Positions 38,207 to 50,715 of a stretch of DNA of 64,000 nucleotides are shown here, one piece after another (positions within the stretch are counted from its first letter, which is position 1; every line of letters starts with the position of its first letter). The stretch spans positions 18,280,357 to 18,344,356 of the forward strand of contig OZ316892.1 in NCBI GenBank assembly GCA_973895155.1, written 5' to 3'. A program made the position numbers and the translations under genes. The notes beneath the pieces were generated by a model. It was given only the letters and a program-made list of their open reading frames with translations. It made no database searches and was not told where the DNA came from. The stretch is from Marsupella aquatica (taxonomy: Eukaryota > Plantae > Marchantiophyta).

Positions 38207-38550
38207 TGTTAGATATTGCTCTAGTCTTGTGGCTCTTGTGCTAACCACAGTTAGGCTAACTCAGGTTAGGACCTAGCTAAGGTTAGCGGTAGTGCTGTTG
38301 TGCATATAGCCAGGGCTGATGCCAGACCCTGGTGGAACAAAGGTTCATTGTTACGGAGCTAGTTGAGAGATAGGGAGAGCTTGTGCTGTGGATGCTTGGT
38401 ATGGCCGGTCGGCCTAGAGTGCAGTAAAGCTCTTGTGTGTTCCCGTGGACGTAGCCTCATGTGGAGGTGAACCACGTATCTCTCTGTGTCGACTATTGTG
38501 CGTTGGATGATTCATGGGCTTGCCGTTACGAATGTCGTCCATGCTCAACA
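38207..38550 (-). mobile_element. Solo LTR (344 bp), probably Copia-type, with 5-bp target-site duplication
   Basis: TG...CA termini (tgttag...tcaaca), flanked by GAGTA at 38202-38206 and 38551-38555. The minus strand carries the GTGGTTCACC...GGCTACGTCCAC motif I recall from plant Copia LTRs. Homologous to 47104-47438. Confidence 0.8.
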
Positions 38551-38924
38551 GAGTACACAATCCCAAAGGCAAGGAACCCAAAAAATGAAAAAACACCAGG
38601 AAGGCCAAATAGCCCAAAGGCCTGAGAGCCCCATAGATAGTACACCACAACAACAACAACCAGAAACTGAAAACCTAAGGCCCTACTGATAGGCAACCTG
38701 AAAAGCCGGCTATATCCTCAACTGTGATGGCAATCCGTATTACCCTACCTTGGGATACTTAGGTTTGGGATCATACAACTATTTGAGTTCACTTTGTTCA
38801 ATCAACAATATTTGGTTTTTTTTTGGTGGGTTTTGATAGCATATGTACAGCATGTCTATGTTGTCAACTTTCCTTTTCTGTTTAGTCAAACGAAATGCCA
38901 AAGGGAACCACCTGAGTGAGGAGT

Positions 38925-38995
38925 GGTGGTCAGCTCAACTGGCTAGGGGTGACTTGTGACCAACTGGTCTCAAGTTCAATCCTGGTTCAATCCCT
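38925..38995 (+). mobile_element. tRNA-derived SINE-like head (degenerate Pol III A/B boxes)
   Basis: cagctcaactggctag (A-box-like) followed by aagttcaatcc and ggttcaatcc (B-box-like). No complete cloverleaf. Confidence 0.4.
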
Positions 38996-39067
38996 ATAAG
39001 TGGCCCTCCTACAACTGATTTTATTCTGGTTTAAAATTGGTTACTGCTCCAAATCATCTTGGGAAGG

Positions 39068-39246
39068 TTAATTAGCTTTTAATTACTTTGTCACTAAAGT
39101 TGTTCTAATTGACAATATTGGCACCACTTTTATTTCATGTTTATCAATATGTCAAAGTTTGTATATGGACGATGAGGTTCACTAATGTGACCAAATAGAA
39201 AAACCATGGCATATTTATTATAAATACATAACAACAGTGACAGTAT
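39068..39246. mobile_element. Truncated copy of the AT-rich fold-back MITE family
   Basis: ttttaattactttgtcactaaagttgttctaattgacaatattggca matches the TIR of the 46146-46376 element. Confidence 0.6.
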
Positions 39247-42120
39247 CTCTTCCCTCCCTGAAAGCCAATTGGCCACGTGAAGTTTCCACCCAGGCAGACC
39301 CCACGTTTGACCTTGTCTAGTAGGACCATGGGCTGCTTAAACAAATGCTAAATGCAAGTTTATAAGCGGTCCAAGAGTCCTCCATCATCCAAGACTCAAG
39401 CATACTAACTTAACTGACCTTGCTTGTGGTCCCAGATAAAAGCAAATTGCGCCTAGTACTGTAGAGAAAACTATTTAATTAAGAGCCAGATGAGTAGTAA
39501 CCCCCACCACTGAAGATTGGGCCGCTTTTGGTAAGAAGAGTGCAAAGAGCTCCAGTTCACCCCAATTTTAACATGAACCAGTTTGTGTTGCAGCCTAAAC
39601 TTTTACTGAAACAAGAGAAAAAAAAATATTGGAGCTCTAGGTTCAAATGAGATTTCATTTCAAACTTTATGCCAGCATGGGATTTCTAAATTCCATGAAA
39701 GCTGTAGACATGTCCAGTTAACCCTGATGTAAAAAAGACTTCCTCACACAAACAAAATCTTGGGATCCCATCGGAGTTCAAAGGTCTGGATGAATTTTGG
39801 GAACTCATCCGAGCTTATGACTCACACAAAGCCAAAATTCAATTAAAAGAGTACTTTTTCCTTTTCACTTACTTGTGGCCCCCCTTTCCAAAGAAGGGAC
39901 CTACTGTACACTAGTCCAGGACTTTCTCTGGAACCTTTTCCTCTGGTTTGTGACAATACTGTTTGGGCCCATCAGAGCAAACAAGAATTACTTTTGGGTG
40001 TCTCTTGGCCATGCTGCCCATGAGCAGCACACGCCAGCTCATTTTTTAATTGCAAAATTTAGCCAAATTTCACCTCCCCAAAAAGTGTTCCCCACTTTTG
40101 GTAGCATTTGCTACATTTTTTGCATACAATTCCTCACTTTCACACCTAGTCATCCACCCCATTTACCAGAATCTAAAGGCCATCTGCAAATCTAGGCATA
40201 TCTGATGGTCAGATTTAATCAGGGAAAACTGACAAAGAATATTCCTAGCATCTCCTCCCTGCTCCACACTTGCCAGAACAAAAAAACCTTAAAAAATAAG
40301 CTGGCACACACCAAAGGGTGGAGTTTGAACTGACATACAAGTTGTGTTGTTGGACAGGACAACTTGTTATTTGTCTGCTCCAAAAGGGGTCATTTGTCGG
40401 ATATTTGCCAATATTCCCTGGCCGGCCCCAAACTTTCCCGACCCCTCCCGGCCCGGTCCCAGACTCCCCCGGTTTAGTGAGCCGATTCCCTGGTTCAGGG
40501 TCAGGGGCGGGGTAAGGGAAGGTCGGGGGCGGGGGGGGGGTGGGGGTGGGACAGGTCGGGGCCAGGACGACCAGGTGTGTCATTTGTTGGGGTCCAGACC
40601 CCTTATTTGTCGGACAAGTCCAAACCGGGCCAAAGGGGTTATTTTGTGGCTCAAAGACTGGTGGCTAGTCAGTCCAATTTCTTGGGAGCTGGGAAATCCT
40701 TGTCCAACCACACCTTATTAGAGTAACCTGGGAGTCCCAAGCTTGTCGAGCTACGAGTTGTCCAGCATCATCTGTGACCCAAGAGTGAAAGCACAATTTG
40801 TCAGCATTCAACCGAAACTTTCAACTGATGATGATTCTTCACAGTTCATACCTGTGAAGCAGACAACTTAACAACTGAACAACCTCCCGTCCCATTCTTC
40901 TCATTCATCATCCAGTGACACAGCTACCACACAGCTCGAACGCAATCCCAACGACATGCGGTAGCTTCCAACTGAAACTGATGATGCTTCAAACACACCT
41001 CTGGTCTCTGGACGACTGTCTGGTCCACCTCCCTCCACCGTCAATTTCTTCAGTTCATCCCATTCGTCCTCACTTCCGGGCCACAGCTTCCACACGCCTC
41101 AAAACTCAAATCTCAACGACACAATTGGCAGCTCCAATCCAATTCTGCTGTTCTTCTCTCGGAAGTTGTTCCAACTCTGACGACCTGGAAGCCTGGAAGG
41201 CTGGAAGCTACTGTGGTAGCTTAGTACTGTAGCAGTTACCCGCAGTCGGCAGTCCCTAGCATCTAGAGCTCGACCTGAAAAACGCTGCAGAGTCCATCAT
41301 GAGGCCACGTTGCGTCTTTGCACGTCGACCTTGTGATTGCCACTGCGGAAGCTATCGCACATTCTGTTTTGTTTTGCAATTTTGCGCTATGTACTGCGTC
41401 CTGCCGTCCTAGCGTTTTCAATGCTGGAGTATTTTCTGCGCTGTTGCACATTCTGTTTTTTTTTGCAGTTTGCTCTAGTAGAGCGCACTCGCATTCCATG
41501 ACACTGCTCACTTACGTTGCACTCCTACTTCGTGAGTTTGCAGTCGCACTTGCGTTGCAGGTCCGTAGAGGTTGCGCTTCAACTTTTTAATTCAACGCAT
41601 TTCGCTGAAGAAAATGGTGTTACATCTCGCAATTTGTGAGACTAGCCACCGAGTGAGCTTCACTTCTTTCCAATTTTCGAAGCAGTTTTCAGTCCCTTCA
41701 TTCCTTTTCTGCACAGGGCTTGAGGTGGAAGTATTCTGTTCGGAGAAATGCATCTCTGCCTTTGAATTGTTTAATCGGTTGCTGTTCCCGTCCTCGTTTG
41801 ATTCCTTCTCAGGGGATATGGTTCAGCAGGGTTTTCGCTTCGGTACTCCTGTCTGTGATTCCAAGGTCAAACTCCAGAGATCTTGCGGCAATGCTGCCAA
41901 GAATTCCCTTCAAACCTCTTCTAAGGGCGTATTTCACTATAAATCCGGTCTGCTCAAGAATTTTCAGTTGATCAATTTCTATGATCTCAAAAAGAATTCA
42001 GGTTTCTAAAAATGAATTCCCTTCGCTCAAGAATAATTCTGTTCGATGACTTCCCTTGCCTGCCACTGGTCTTCAATAGTCGTTCGATTTGATCTGACAA
42101 AAATTCCTCTTCAGAGTAAA

Positions 42121-42620
42121 ATGAAAACAGAATACATCGATCAAATCCTAGCACATCAAGAAGCCCATCCGAATTTCTCAGAAACAGAAATTAGCAGTCT
42201 ACATGGCTTTCCGGTTCAGCCATTGCCCTTGTCCAAGTAAGATCGAAGACGACGTTAACAAAAACAAAATCATCCCATTCCTCGACGGAATATGACTTAA
42301 CTGTCTGCCTCGAGCATTTCATTGAATTCCATTGATTGGGATATCGAGAACATTATAGAATTCTATTGATTGGGATAGCGTCTCGATATCACTCTCCACC
42401 TCAAGTTTTGCACTGCCCGTTTTGACAGTAACGACACACCATTGTGGGGAAAGCTTTTTTTGGCCGTGGCGGGCACGAAACCCATTCCAAGTAACGTGTG
42501 TGAGGATGGCGTCTTGTTCAGTGTGGACCAGCAATCAATAATCGATGCAATCACCGTAGTCAGAAAGATGCACTCCAGAGACCGCATTTACGGGTGGAAG
42601 ACGCATATTCTCGAAGATCC
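42121..42620 (+). pseudogene. Possible highly degraded pogo/Tigger (CENP-B-like) transposase N-terminal fragment
   Basis: Interrupted frames give QILAHQEAHPNFSETEISS (HTH-like) and SVDQQSIIDAITVVRKMHSRDRIYG, which resembles the segment preceding the IYNxDET motif. Weak by-eye similarity only. Confidence 0.25.
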
Positions 42621-43426
42621 TGAGCTGATCCTAATTTCGTCCCCACACGGCCGCGATCCGAAGGACGGAACGGGATATCCGGCGGATCTTCAATTGGATA
42701 TACCGGTAGTTCACGTGGATGGTGCTTTTTGTCCGGCAGTCCCTCTTGCTGTTGAGATTACACTCTACTCTACATACCTCACTTGTAAATGTGGCACTGA
42801 AGAAAGGCTACTGTAGTCGTGTGTAACTGATTTTGGAATTAGTTGTTATTTCCATAATCTCCTGCATGGGATTTAAAGCCGGGATGGACCAGGACGTTTC
42901 CCATGTCTATCCCCATGGACTGTGACATAGGGATTGATTGTTTTACACCTCGTCACGGGTGAAACGGGTTACAAATGGATGGTAAAACGCCTTTAATTTT
43001 CCATAGGTGGTTTAACTGCATCTCAGTTACCACTGGTAGCAGGAAGAGCGAGTAAATCCAGCGCATTTTACGGGGAAACACTCCCGGGAGATCGCTACAG
43101 TACAAGGATGTCAGAAAAGCTCTATCCTCATGCCCAAAGTTGGCCTCGTTGTGCAGCTCCCATGAGAAGGTATGATCAAGCTTGGAGTTTTGTGTCATGT
43201 TTGTTGCTATGTCCTGCAGTCTATTGTCCTTTAGTCTGCACTCTGCAACACCTTCCGTGCCTTGTCTTTGCGCCCTCAGTCTGCACCTTTCTTAGTCTTG
43301 CTATTGACAGCAGACAGCTCTGGCCCTGCGCTTTCCAACATTCGCTTTTCGCCTGCCATCCTGTGTCATTTTCTGCTGCAATCCCTGGTTGCCTGGCTCG
43401 CTTGCTTCTCTAATGTTTGTGGCCTT

Positions 43427-43575
43427 CCTGGATACTCCAGGTTCAGTTGCCGGAGTGCTCAATGCCTCCTTGCGGTATGAGCTTCAGTCAATCATTTTTT
43501 CCTGGATATTCCAGGTTCAGTTGCCGAAGTGCTCAACGCCGCCTTGCGGTACGAGCTTCAGTCAATCATTTTTTC
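43427..43575. repeat. ~74-bp tandem duplication
   Basis: cctggata.tccaggttcagttgccg.agtgctcaa.gcc.ccttgcggta.gagcttcagtcaatcatttttt occurs twice. Confidence 0.9.
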
Positions 43576-43869
43576 TATGGCTTGTTGTAATCGGTTAATT
43601 TAATACAACACATTCAATGAGCAAATGTGGATCCATGTCATCGAACAACTTCAATCTGCTTGCTTGAAATACTGTCGAGGCATTTCATGTAATTGAATGG
43701 AATGAAGGTCCAATGATGAAGTAAGGAAGCATCTGAGTCTAAGAAATGAGGCGCCTAAACTGGAGGAAATAACCAATAAGCTAGAAGATATAATTTTCAT
43801 GCTGCACACTGCCCCTACCGATTTAATTCACTGAATATGAGATTGAATCCCATGGAATAGCTCAGACAT

Positions 43870-44403
43870 CCCAATAGTCCAAGGATACTTAGTAAAATAC
43901 TTGAGGCGCTATGTGTAAAACATGCAGTGCTGAGAACTTAGCCAATAAATTAAGGTTACCAATTGTATTACTTGGCCCAATTAGCGTTACAAGAATCAAT
44001 CCTAGAATGCTAATTCTTTGCCTCTTGCTCCATAAATCTTACTTAGGAAAGATGGACTCCATTTTCATTACATGGCATTTCATGTAATTTCAATGTTGGT
44101 CAAATTTGTCACGATCCACAACAATCATCCACTTTCCATGGAGGACATTATGGGTAACAGTAGGGACTCAATGTGGGTAGTGGTCAGCCTCTGTACAGAC
44201 GACAAGCAAAGGTGATCCCAAGCTGCAACCAAAGAAAGTGTGCTCGCAGTAGCATCCAACTTGTGGGCAAACTGTGCACTAACTGTTAACCATTGTATGT
44301 GGTTGAAGGGAATAGAGGATGGCTTCCATTCCTCAAGGAATTCAGCAATGGTTTGGTACTCGCTATCATAGGCGACCACGTGGTCAGAACTACCAATGTC
44401 CAT
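43870..44403 (-). pseudogene. Degraded C11orf68/Bles03 (DUF1917, UPF0696)-like gene fragment
   Basis: AEFLEEWKPS..QWLTV..SLVAAWDHL..LTTTHIESL/(frameshift ~44161)VTHNVLHGKWMIVVDRDKFDQH* parallels the recalled C11orf68 pattern PPS..WIAV..LQAAWEAL..LAITHHVLSGKWL..KLDHAW. A TGA at 44090-44092 replaces the conserved Trp. Confidence 0.7.
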
Positions 44404-46145
44404 ACGGATGTAACAATCCTGCAAGGTAAGAATCCTGCAAGCAATAAGGAAAAGGGTAGCATGACTTATATAAGGTCCATCCATAACCATACAACCGTAG
44501 TTGAGAGTCCTTTTAGAAATCCTGGAATTTATGGTTCATGATTGTTTTAAGTGGAAGGAGAGTGGCATTTAGAGTTGGTGTTCAATGGTCTAGGGAAGTA
44601 TGACAGAGATCATGTTGACATGGATCTATCATTGATGTATGAATTTCAGTGACATTCTAGCACAAGTCAAAGCGTTGTGAGTAAGATGAGAAGCGCTCTG
44701 AATCCTATGTAATGAAAAGGTACAATCAAGTCTGAAATCATAACAGTTTTGATTTTTAAGAGAAAAGAATTGGTAACGTCCTTAAGGGCATAAGCACATT
44801 CATATAGCAACCCGGATGACCACGGTGAGGGGGACACGCAGGTTCCAGCTAAAATAAAAGTTTGACAGTACATTCAGCAGCACAAAAGCAGCGATGACAG
44901 AATGCAGGAATTAGCCAGATCAAGCTAAAATGCTACAGTGCAATGCAAGAATAGAATCGCCAATGACAGCAGCTGGGAAGGGGCATCGACAGGCAGCGAG
45001 AACTTTCCACCGTAGGCTCAATGACAGTAAAGCAAGATTGTGGACAAAAGTTGAAGTTCAACCTTGGATATTTAAAGAAAACACAAGCTCGGCCCTTTCT
45101 TACTTCTTAGGGATCGCTTTGTCTACCACACAACGAGGCGATGCTTCATAGCAACATTGTACAACACAAGGATTAGCTATGGGTTCCAAAATCGAGTCAA
45201 ATTTCAATGAAAAAGCGGAAGCGGAAGATTCTATGAAAACACTGGTCTCACCTTCCAGAGCAGGCGCAAAGCTAACTCTGGCCTGTCACCGATGCCAGAA
45301 TAAGCCAGAAATGAGACTGGATGGAGTGACCGGCTGAACGGACTCGTTCACCGGGAGATTGAACTGGAACTTACTGTCACGGGTCGTATGACCGTTTACA
45401 GGTCATTTTACGGACGGAATGGGTATGAACAGTACCCAAACATATTTTAAGGTTTGTGGCCAGTCCATGCAGGTTTGTCTTGTCCATCGGGGCTTTATGC
45501 TAAACATCCCGGTCCATCCGGGCTTTACATTTGCATGGGATACACTAGATCTCGTTAACTTTTTTCCATACTGCATTTACGGATGGGCGGCAGTTCTAGT
45601 TTGAAGTTTAATTACGACGCCATTTCTGGCTAGCTTGCATAATTATTATAGCCCATTCTAATTGTTCTCACCTATAGTGGTGTAAGCTAAAGATTAATGT
45701 GGCCCACACTAAGCATAGTGAGGAGACCAAACAAAAAGGTAGCTCAATTAGAGTGGACCACACATCAGGGTATAATTTCCTACCAAAACTAGATTGGGCC
45801 ACTCTAAATGCTCTCATTAACTTCCTACAAAATATACAAGGTTAGCTGACTTTCAGAAAGTTTTTTTACCATGCCAGTCTTACCATGCTATTCTTGTGGC
45901 AGGTAAAGGCATACCATGTCATATCATGCAAGGATCACTGAATTTCACATACTTTTATATATAGTTTGTTTTGGACAATGATTTATTATCTTATGTGCTT
46001 AATTAAGCAACAAGGCCTCATGGGGTAAACTACAAAAAAAATTGTTGGGACCACTTGTTACTCTCCCCTTTTTCATGTTGTACCAAATTCAGCGGTCCTT
46101 TTGGCTGGCACAAAATGCTCAAACATTTTATCTGTCTCAGAGGAG

Positions 46146-46376
46146 GATTAATTTTTACAACTTTTAATTACTTTGCCACTAAATATGTTCAAATTGATAT
46201 TACTGCCATGATTGTTTTTGTATTTTCAAATATGCCACTATTTTGTACAAAGACTACACATTTATGTATTTAACAAAATAAACAGTGGCACATAAATACA
46301 ACAAAAACAATTATGGCAGTATTGTAAATTAGAATATCTTTAGTGGGAAAGTAGTTAAAACTGTTAATTTTTAATC
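46146..46376. mobile_element. AT-rich fold-back MITE with ~80-bp terminal inverted repeats
   Basis: ttttaattactttgccactaaatatgttcaaattgatattactgccatgattgtttttg pairs with caaaaacaattatggcagtattgtaaattagaatatctttagtgggaaagtagttaaaa. Confidence 0.8.
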
Positions 46377-47103
46377 AGCTGTTTGGCATCTTGGAGGTTC
46401 TGGATCACCTCACTGTGGTTGCAGCTGCCTCTATTTCAAATCATAAACACCTGAGGTTGTCGGGTGTGAAGACTCTACTTGAGCTTGAGCACATCATGAA
46501 AACTTGAATAGTTCTGAATAGGTACTGTGAAGCTGTTAGAATGAACTTTGAGGCAGGATGGTGGTCCCTTGCGTGAGGCAGGCCCTATGTTCTCAAAAGT
46601 AGTTACCACTTAGTCTCAGTTGGATGCTGACTGGCCTGATCACGGATTCAGTGGACTTCTTTCTTTTAATTTTTTTTTTCTTTCCAAATTTGCAGTACTT
46701 ATGTTTGCTCCTTAATCAAGGGTTTTGATGGGAAGAGTTGCTCTTGAGTGAACCTTCAGGGTTGACAGGCGGATAGGATCTGGGATCGAGTATCTGGCTA
46801 GTGATGTTGTCTACTACAATGCTCCATTGAGACTCCCCCCTAGTTGTACTTTGCTTACATCCCTCTATGGCTATCTGCCTTTTGGCCTGCAAGCCCCCCC
46901 CCCCCCATTGGTGGGGTTCACGCAGAATAAATGAGTTTAATGTTTTTTTCTAAAGTATGTATTTTCCATAGTACTTTGGCAAATAAGGTGTTTGTAACAC
47001 AAAAATAGATAAAGTTTACTTCATATAGTTCATAAAGTATGATAGGTCAAAAAACCATCTCAAAAAATCTATTGTTACCTTCTAGACATGCTCTTATACC
47101 AAT

Positions 47104-47438
47104 TGTTTAAGCAAAGATGATATTCACAATGACAAGCCCATGATCATCCAACACACAAGTAATCGACACAGAGAGATACATGGTTCACCTCAGTTGAATA
47201 TATGTCCACAAGAACACACGAGAACTTTACTGCACTCTAGGCCCGTCGGCCATACTCCGCAATGCAAGTTCTACCTATCTCTCAATTGGCTCCGTAACAA
47301 TGAGCCTCAGTTTGTACTATCCAAGCAAACACTTCTTGCAGATATAGTGTGCAACATGACTAACCTAACCAAGTGTGCAACAAAGGTTAGCCCTAACTAC
47401 AGTCATAACTCTAGACCTAGAAGAGTAAATGTGTAACA
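47104..47438 (+). mobile_element. Older solo LTR of the same family as 38207-38550, opposite orientation
   Basis: TG...CA termini; caagcccatga..catccaac..acaa...tcgacacagagagatac.tggttcacctc...ctttactgcactctaggcc aligns with the reverse complement of the first copy and shows CpG-type transitions. TSD degraded (ccaat/caaac). Confidence 0.72.
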
Positions 47439-48111
47439 CAAACACCCCAAGGTGTACCTCAAGTTGGAAGCCAACCAGCCTCCCCCAAAGGTTTATTTGA
47501 ATGCAACAGTGCCTAAGCATTGCTCTCCAATTCTCTGGTGTAGAGGGAGTAGCAAAGGATCTCAACTGATCAGGACTAATTGATGGTTTGGCGGGGGTTC
47601 TCAAGACTATACTCATCTCATAATTATATGCTTTTGGGGATATGTCATTCCCAAGCCAGATTTGGTCCAAACATTGCCACTTTTTTTTCTATACAATACT
47701 TTGGCATTTTTTTCACTACTGGGTAAGCAAACTAAGTATAGCTAGCTTGAAACTCTTTGATGGTCAACATCTGGCCAGGTTGCACCATTGGATGGTTGTT
47801 TGTGTCCTCCGCCCTATTGCAGCACCCTTTCCAAACCCTTGACACTGGGTTGGGTCTCTTACTTTGCACCCCCTCTGCCCCCTCTTGTCCCACTCCCATA
47901 CCCCCCCCAAGGTGAGAGAGGGTGTGGTAGTTAACTTGAAGAGAGTGACAAACATCCAATGGTGAAAAATTTGCAAGATGTTGACCGTTGGATCATTCCA
48001 AACCAACCAAAGTTACTTTGCTTAATTATGAAAATAGGTGGCTATGTAGTAATCTATCTAATAAAGCGCGATTGAAAGCTAAGGGGAAGGCCAAAGGTGT
48101 AGAGGCTTACT

Positions 48112-48270
48112 ATCTTGCAATTGGGGTTGGAACTGGAAAGGGGCATTATAGTACACCATGTATTTATTGCAATTGGGGGTGGAACTGGAAAGGGCCACTA
48201 TAGTACTCACCGTGTAGTTATGGTCATAGGGAGTATAACTGGAAAGGAGCACTATGGTACTCATAATACA
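48112..48270. repeat. Three-copy ~55-bp tandem repeat
   Basis: tgcaattgggg.tggaactggaaaggg.ca.tatagtac repeated. Confidence 0.8.
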
Positions 48271-48344
48271 TTTAGGAGTAAAACTCACCATTCAGGCTCA
48301 TTGAACTAAAATGTATGTAGAGTAGGTAGACTAAAACAGAGACG

Positions 48345-48582
48345 CTTAATAAACTTCTGAGTTTTTAAGTACATTGCCACTAAACATGATTGAATTTACA
48401 ATATTGCCATTGATTTTTTTGTATTTACAAAAATGTCACTATTTTATATAGTTCCTCTTGTTACCTTGATAAACTTGTCATTCATATAGGAAACCATTTC
48501 ATTTTTATAAATACAAAAAATAGTGACAATATTGTAGAAATGGCAAAGTAATTAGAACATCAAAGTACTTTAAAGCTGTTTC
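48345..48582. mobile_element. Further degenerate copy of the fold-back MITE family
   Basis: ttttaagtacattgccactaaa...tttacaatattgcca...tttttgtattt and inverted aaatacaaaaaatagtgacaatattgta...ggcaaagtaatta. Confidence 0.6.
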
Positions 48583-50715
48583 GATAAATCCATACAGTCA
48601 TGTGACCCAACGAACCAGCAAAGGAAATGCATTAGAATTCCGGAAATTGGGGAGAAGACTGTAGAGAACAGTGCCAACACTGCGTTGCTGCGTGCTCGTT
48701 CTCTACTCGTGGGTTCCAATTCTCGCATTGATTTGGCCGTGCCCAAAAGGGTGTCAAGAGCTCACTCCAACCTGCTTTTCGATTACGTACTTATCTCGAG
48801 CAATGATGGGGATTGCGGGGCTTTGGGTGGCAATCATGAAAAATGCCTCGGTGGGCCTTTCATTCAGAATCTTCGTGTTCCACGAGGGGAAGTCATTAGC
48901 TTCTTCGGATTGGCCTTTTTGTTAGACGATGATGGATCCCCGTCTTCGTGTCCAGACACGCAGAGCCCAGTACTGTAGCTCACTAGGACAATCATTCACA
49001 CATACATAGAAGGAGCTCCAGCCTTGGTCATGTTTGCAGCCTCTCATCTCGTGGCACAGCTTTAGAACTGCGCTGAACAAGCAACGCTCCGCTCCACATA
49101 AGGAGGTTGCTCTCCTCTTGGTAGCAATGGGTCATTTAGGGGATTGAGGAAACAAGAAAAAACAGATTGAGGAAACAAGAAAAAACCTGAGTTGGAGAAC
49201 GATGCAGTGAATCAAACCACTTCTATGTGAGCGAAGAGCACCTTCTACTGGGACACTTGCAACGGCATGGTTACATCTGGAAGTTGCCGAACGTGTGTAC
49301 TTGCACCAATAGAACTTTATTTAGGTTCAGGCCTTCACACATCTTTTGCACCAGATGTACAACCAGACTATAGTTTGACATTGCACTGTCCTTTATTGTG
49401 TGGACACTAGAGTTTTGCTTTCGTGTCAGCTACATCGGAGCCCTGGGAGGAGGCGAGATTGGGTTGACTGTAGAGTGAGTTACCTGTGAGCTTCAAGCTT
49501 GCGAAATGCAATCAACTACATAACCGTGCCAGTGAGGACGCTCTTGGCATAGGTTAGGCAGTCTATTACGCCAATCTGGTGCAAGTCTTTCAACCCCATT
49601 CTGGAGTCCGGGCAAGAATCTTTATCGAAGCTTTATACATGTCCTCTCAATTTGATTGGGCACTGGCAAACAGAAGTTGGACACTAAACTCACAACAGTA
49701 CTCCAATCTGGTTGAGAATCTGGGTCGAAGGGTTCTACATGTCCTCTTAATTTCTTGGGCACTAGCAAACAGCACTATGCTTGGACACTAAACTCACAGC
49801 AGTAAAGCAGATGCATTCAGGTTTAAAGATTACATCGTCGAGTATAGTGAATTCAATCCAAGGAAAAGCACCAGAGTACTTCGCATCCATGACATGTTTT
49901 ATTTTCTTGCAGTAAGTATTTCTCAAGCATCTGTGTCCAAATTGGAAGAATGTGAAGAAGTGCGAATAGCAGAAAACCCACCCTCCATTCAATATTTCTG
50001 GAACATACAATATGTACTGCATTAACTCATCAATCCTGAAAGATTTGCTCCACAAGTATTGTTGCAGTGACGCAGATTCCACAGAGAATTCTTCAGAAAG
50101 TTTCCGTATTGCAATGCCATCATGAAGTAGCAGGGCACTTTCACGGAAGTGCAACCATAGAAGCATTCATAACTACCAGAAAATTGTTTTTCTTGCATCG
50201 TATTGCAAGGAAATCACGAGGCAAGCCATACACTTTCATGCGAGTGCAACCATCCAGGCTATCGTGGGGAAAACAATGGTTGCCAAAGATCGCCAATCTC
50301 ACTGAAGTGACAGTTCTACGAATCGCCATATCTCCTACAAAATTTCTTGACTTTACATTTCTCGGTTCCCCCTGTACGCTTCAAGTGGACATCAACACTG
50401 GTTGGCTACAGGAGATCGGAAAGCTGCTTGTCTGCAATCTTCCCTTGTTAATTAAGTTTACAATCTAAGCACCTAATGGAACGGTAAGGTTGCCGGGAGA
50501 ATAACACAAGTTCGCAATGAGTGCCAGCTGAATGAAGGATACTGAATAATGCCAATCTTGGCATAGCGGGCTTGTATTAAGATTTTCTAGCTTGTAAGTA
50601 AGGGTTACAGTTCTGTATCAAGAGCTCGGAGTTATTGAGCTTCTCATCTATGATTCCCGCTAGTTCTATGGACTAAAAACTGAATGGTCATGATAAATAA
50701 TCGTTAAAATAGTCA

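Larger units (their letters stand above)
42870..45530. mobile_element. Putative non-autonomous DNA element bounded by inverted repeats
   Basis: taaagccgggatggaccaggacgttt (42874-42899) is inverted as aaacatcccggtccatccgggcttta (45502-45527), 3 mismatches in 26 bp; catggactg/cagtccatg also pair. Exact termini and TSD not identified. Confidence 0.45.

Noticed and set aside
40740-42010. Ser-rich and other medium-length ORFs in the TE island
   Set aside because: Interrupted by stops with no identifiable family signature.
38207-47438. A single 9-kb element with ~340-bp terminal inverted repeats
   Set aside because: The left copy has its own 5-bp TSD and TG..CA ends, indicating independent solo LTRs.
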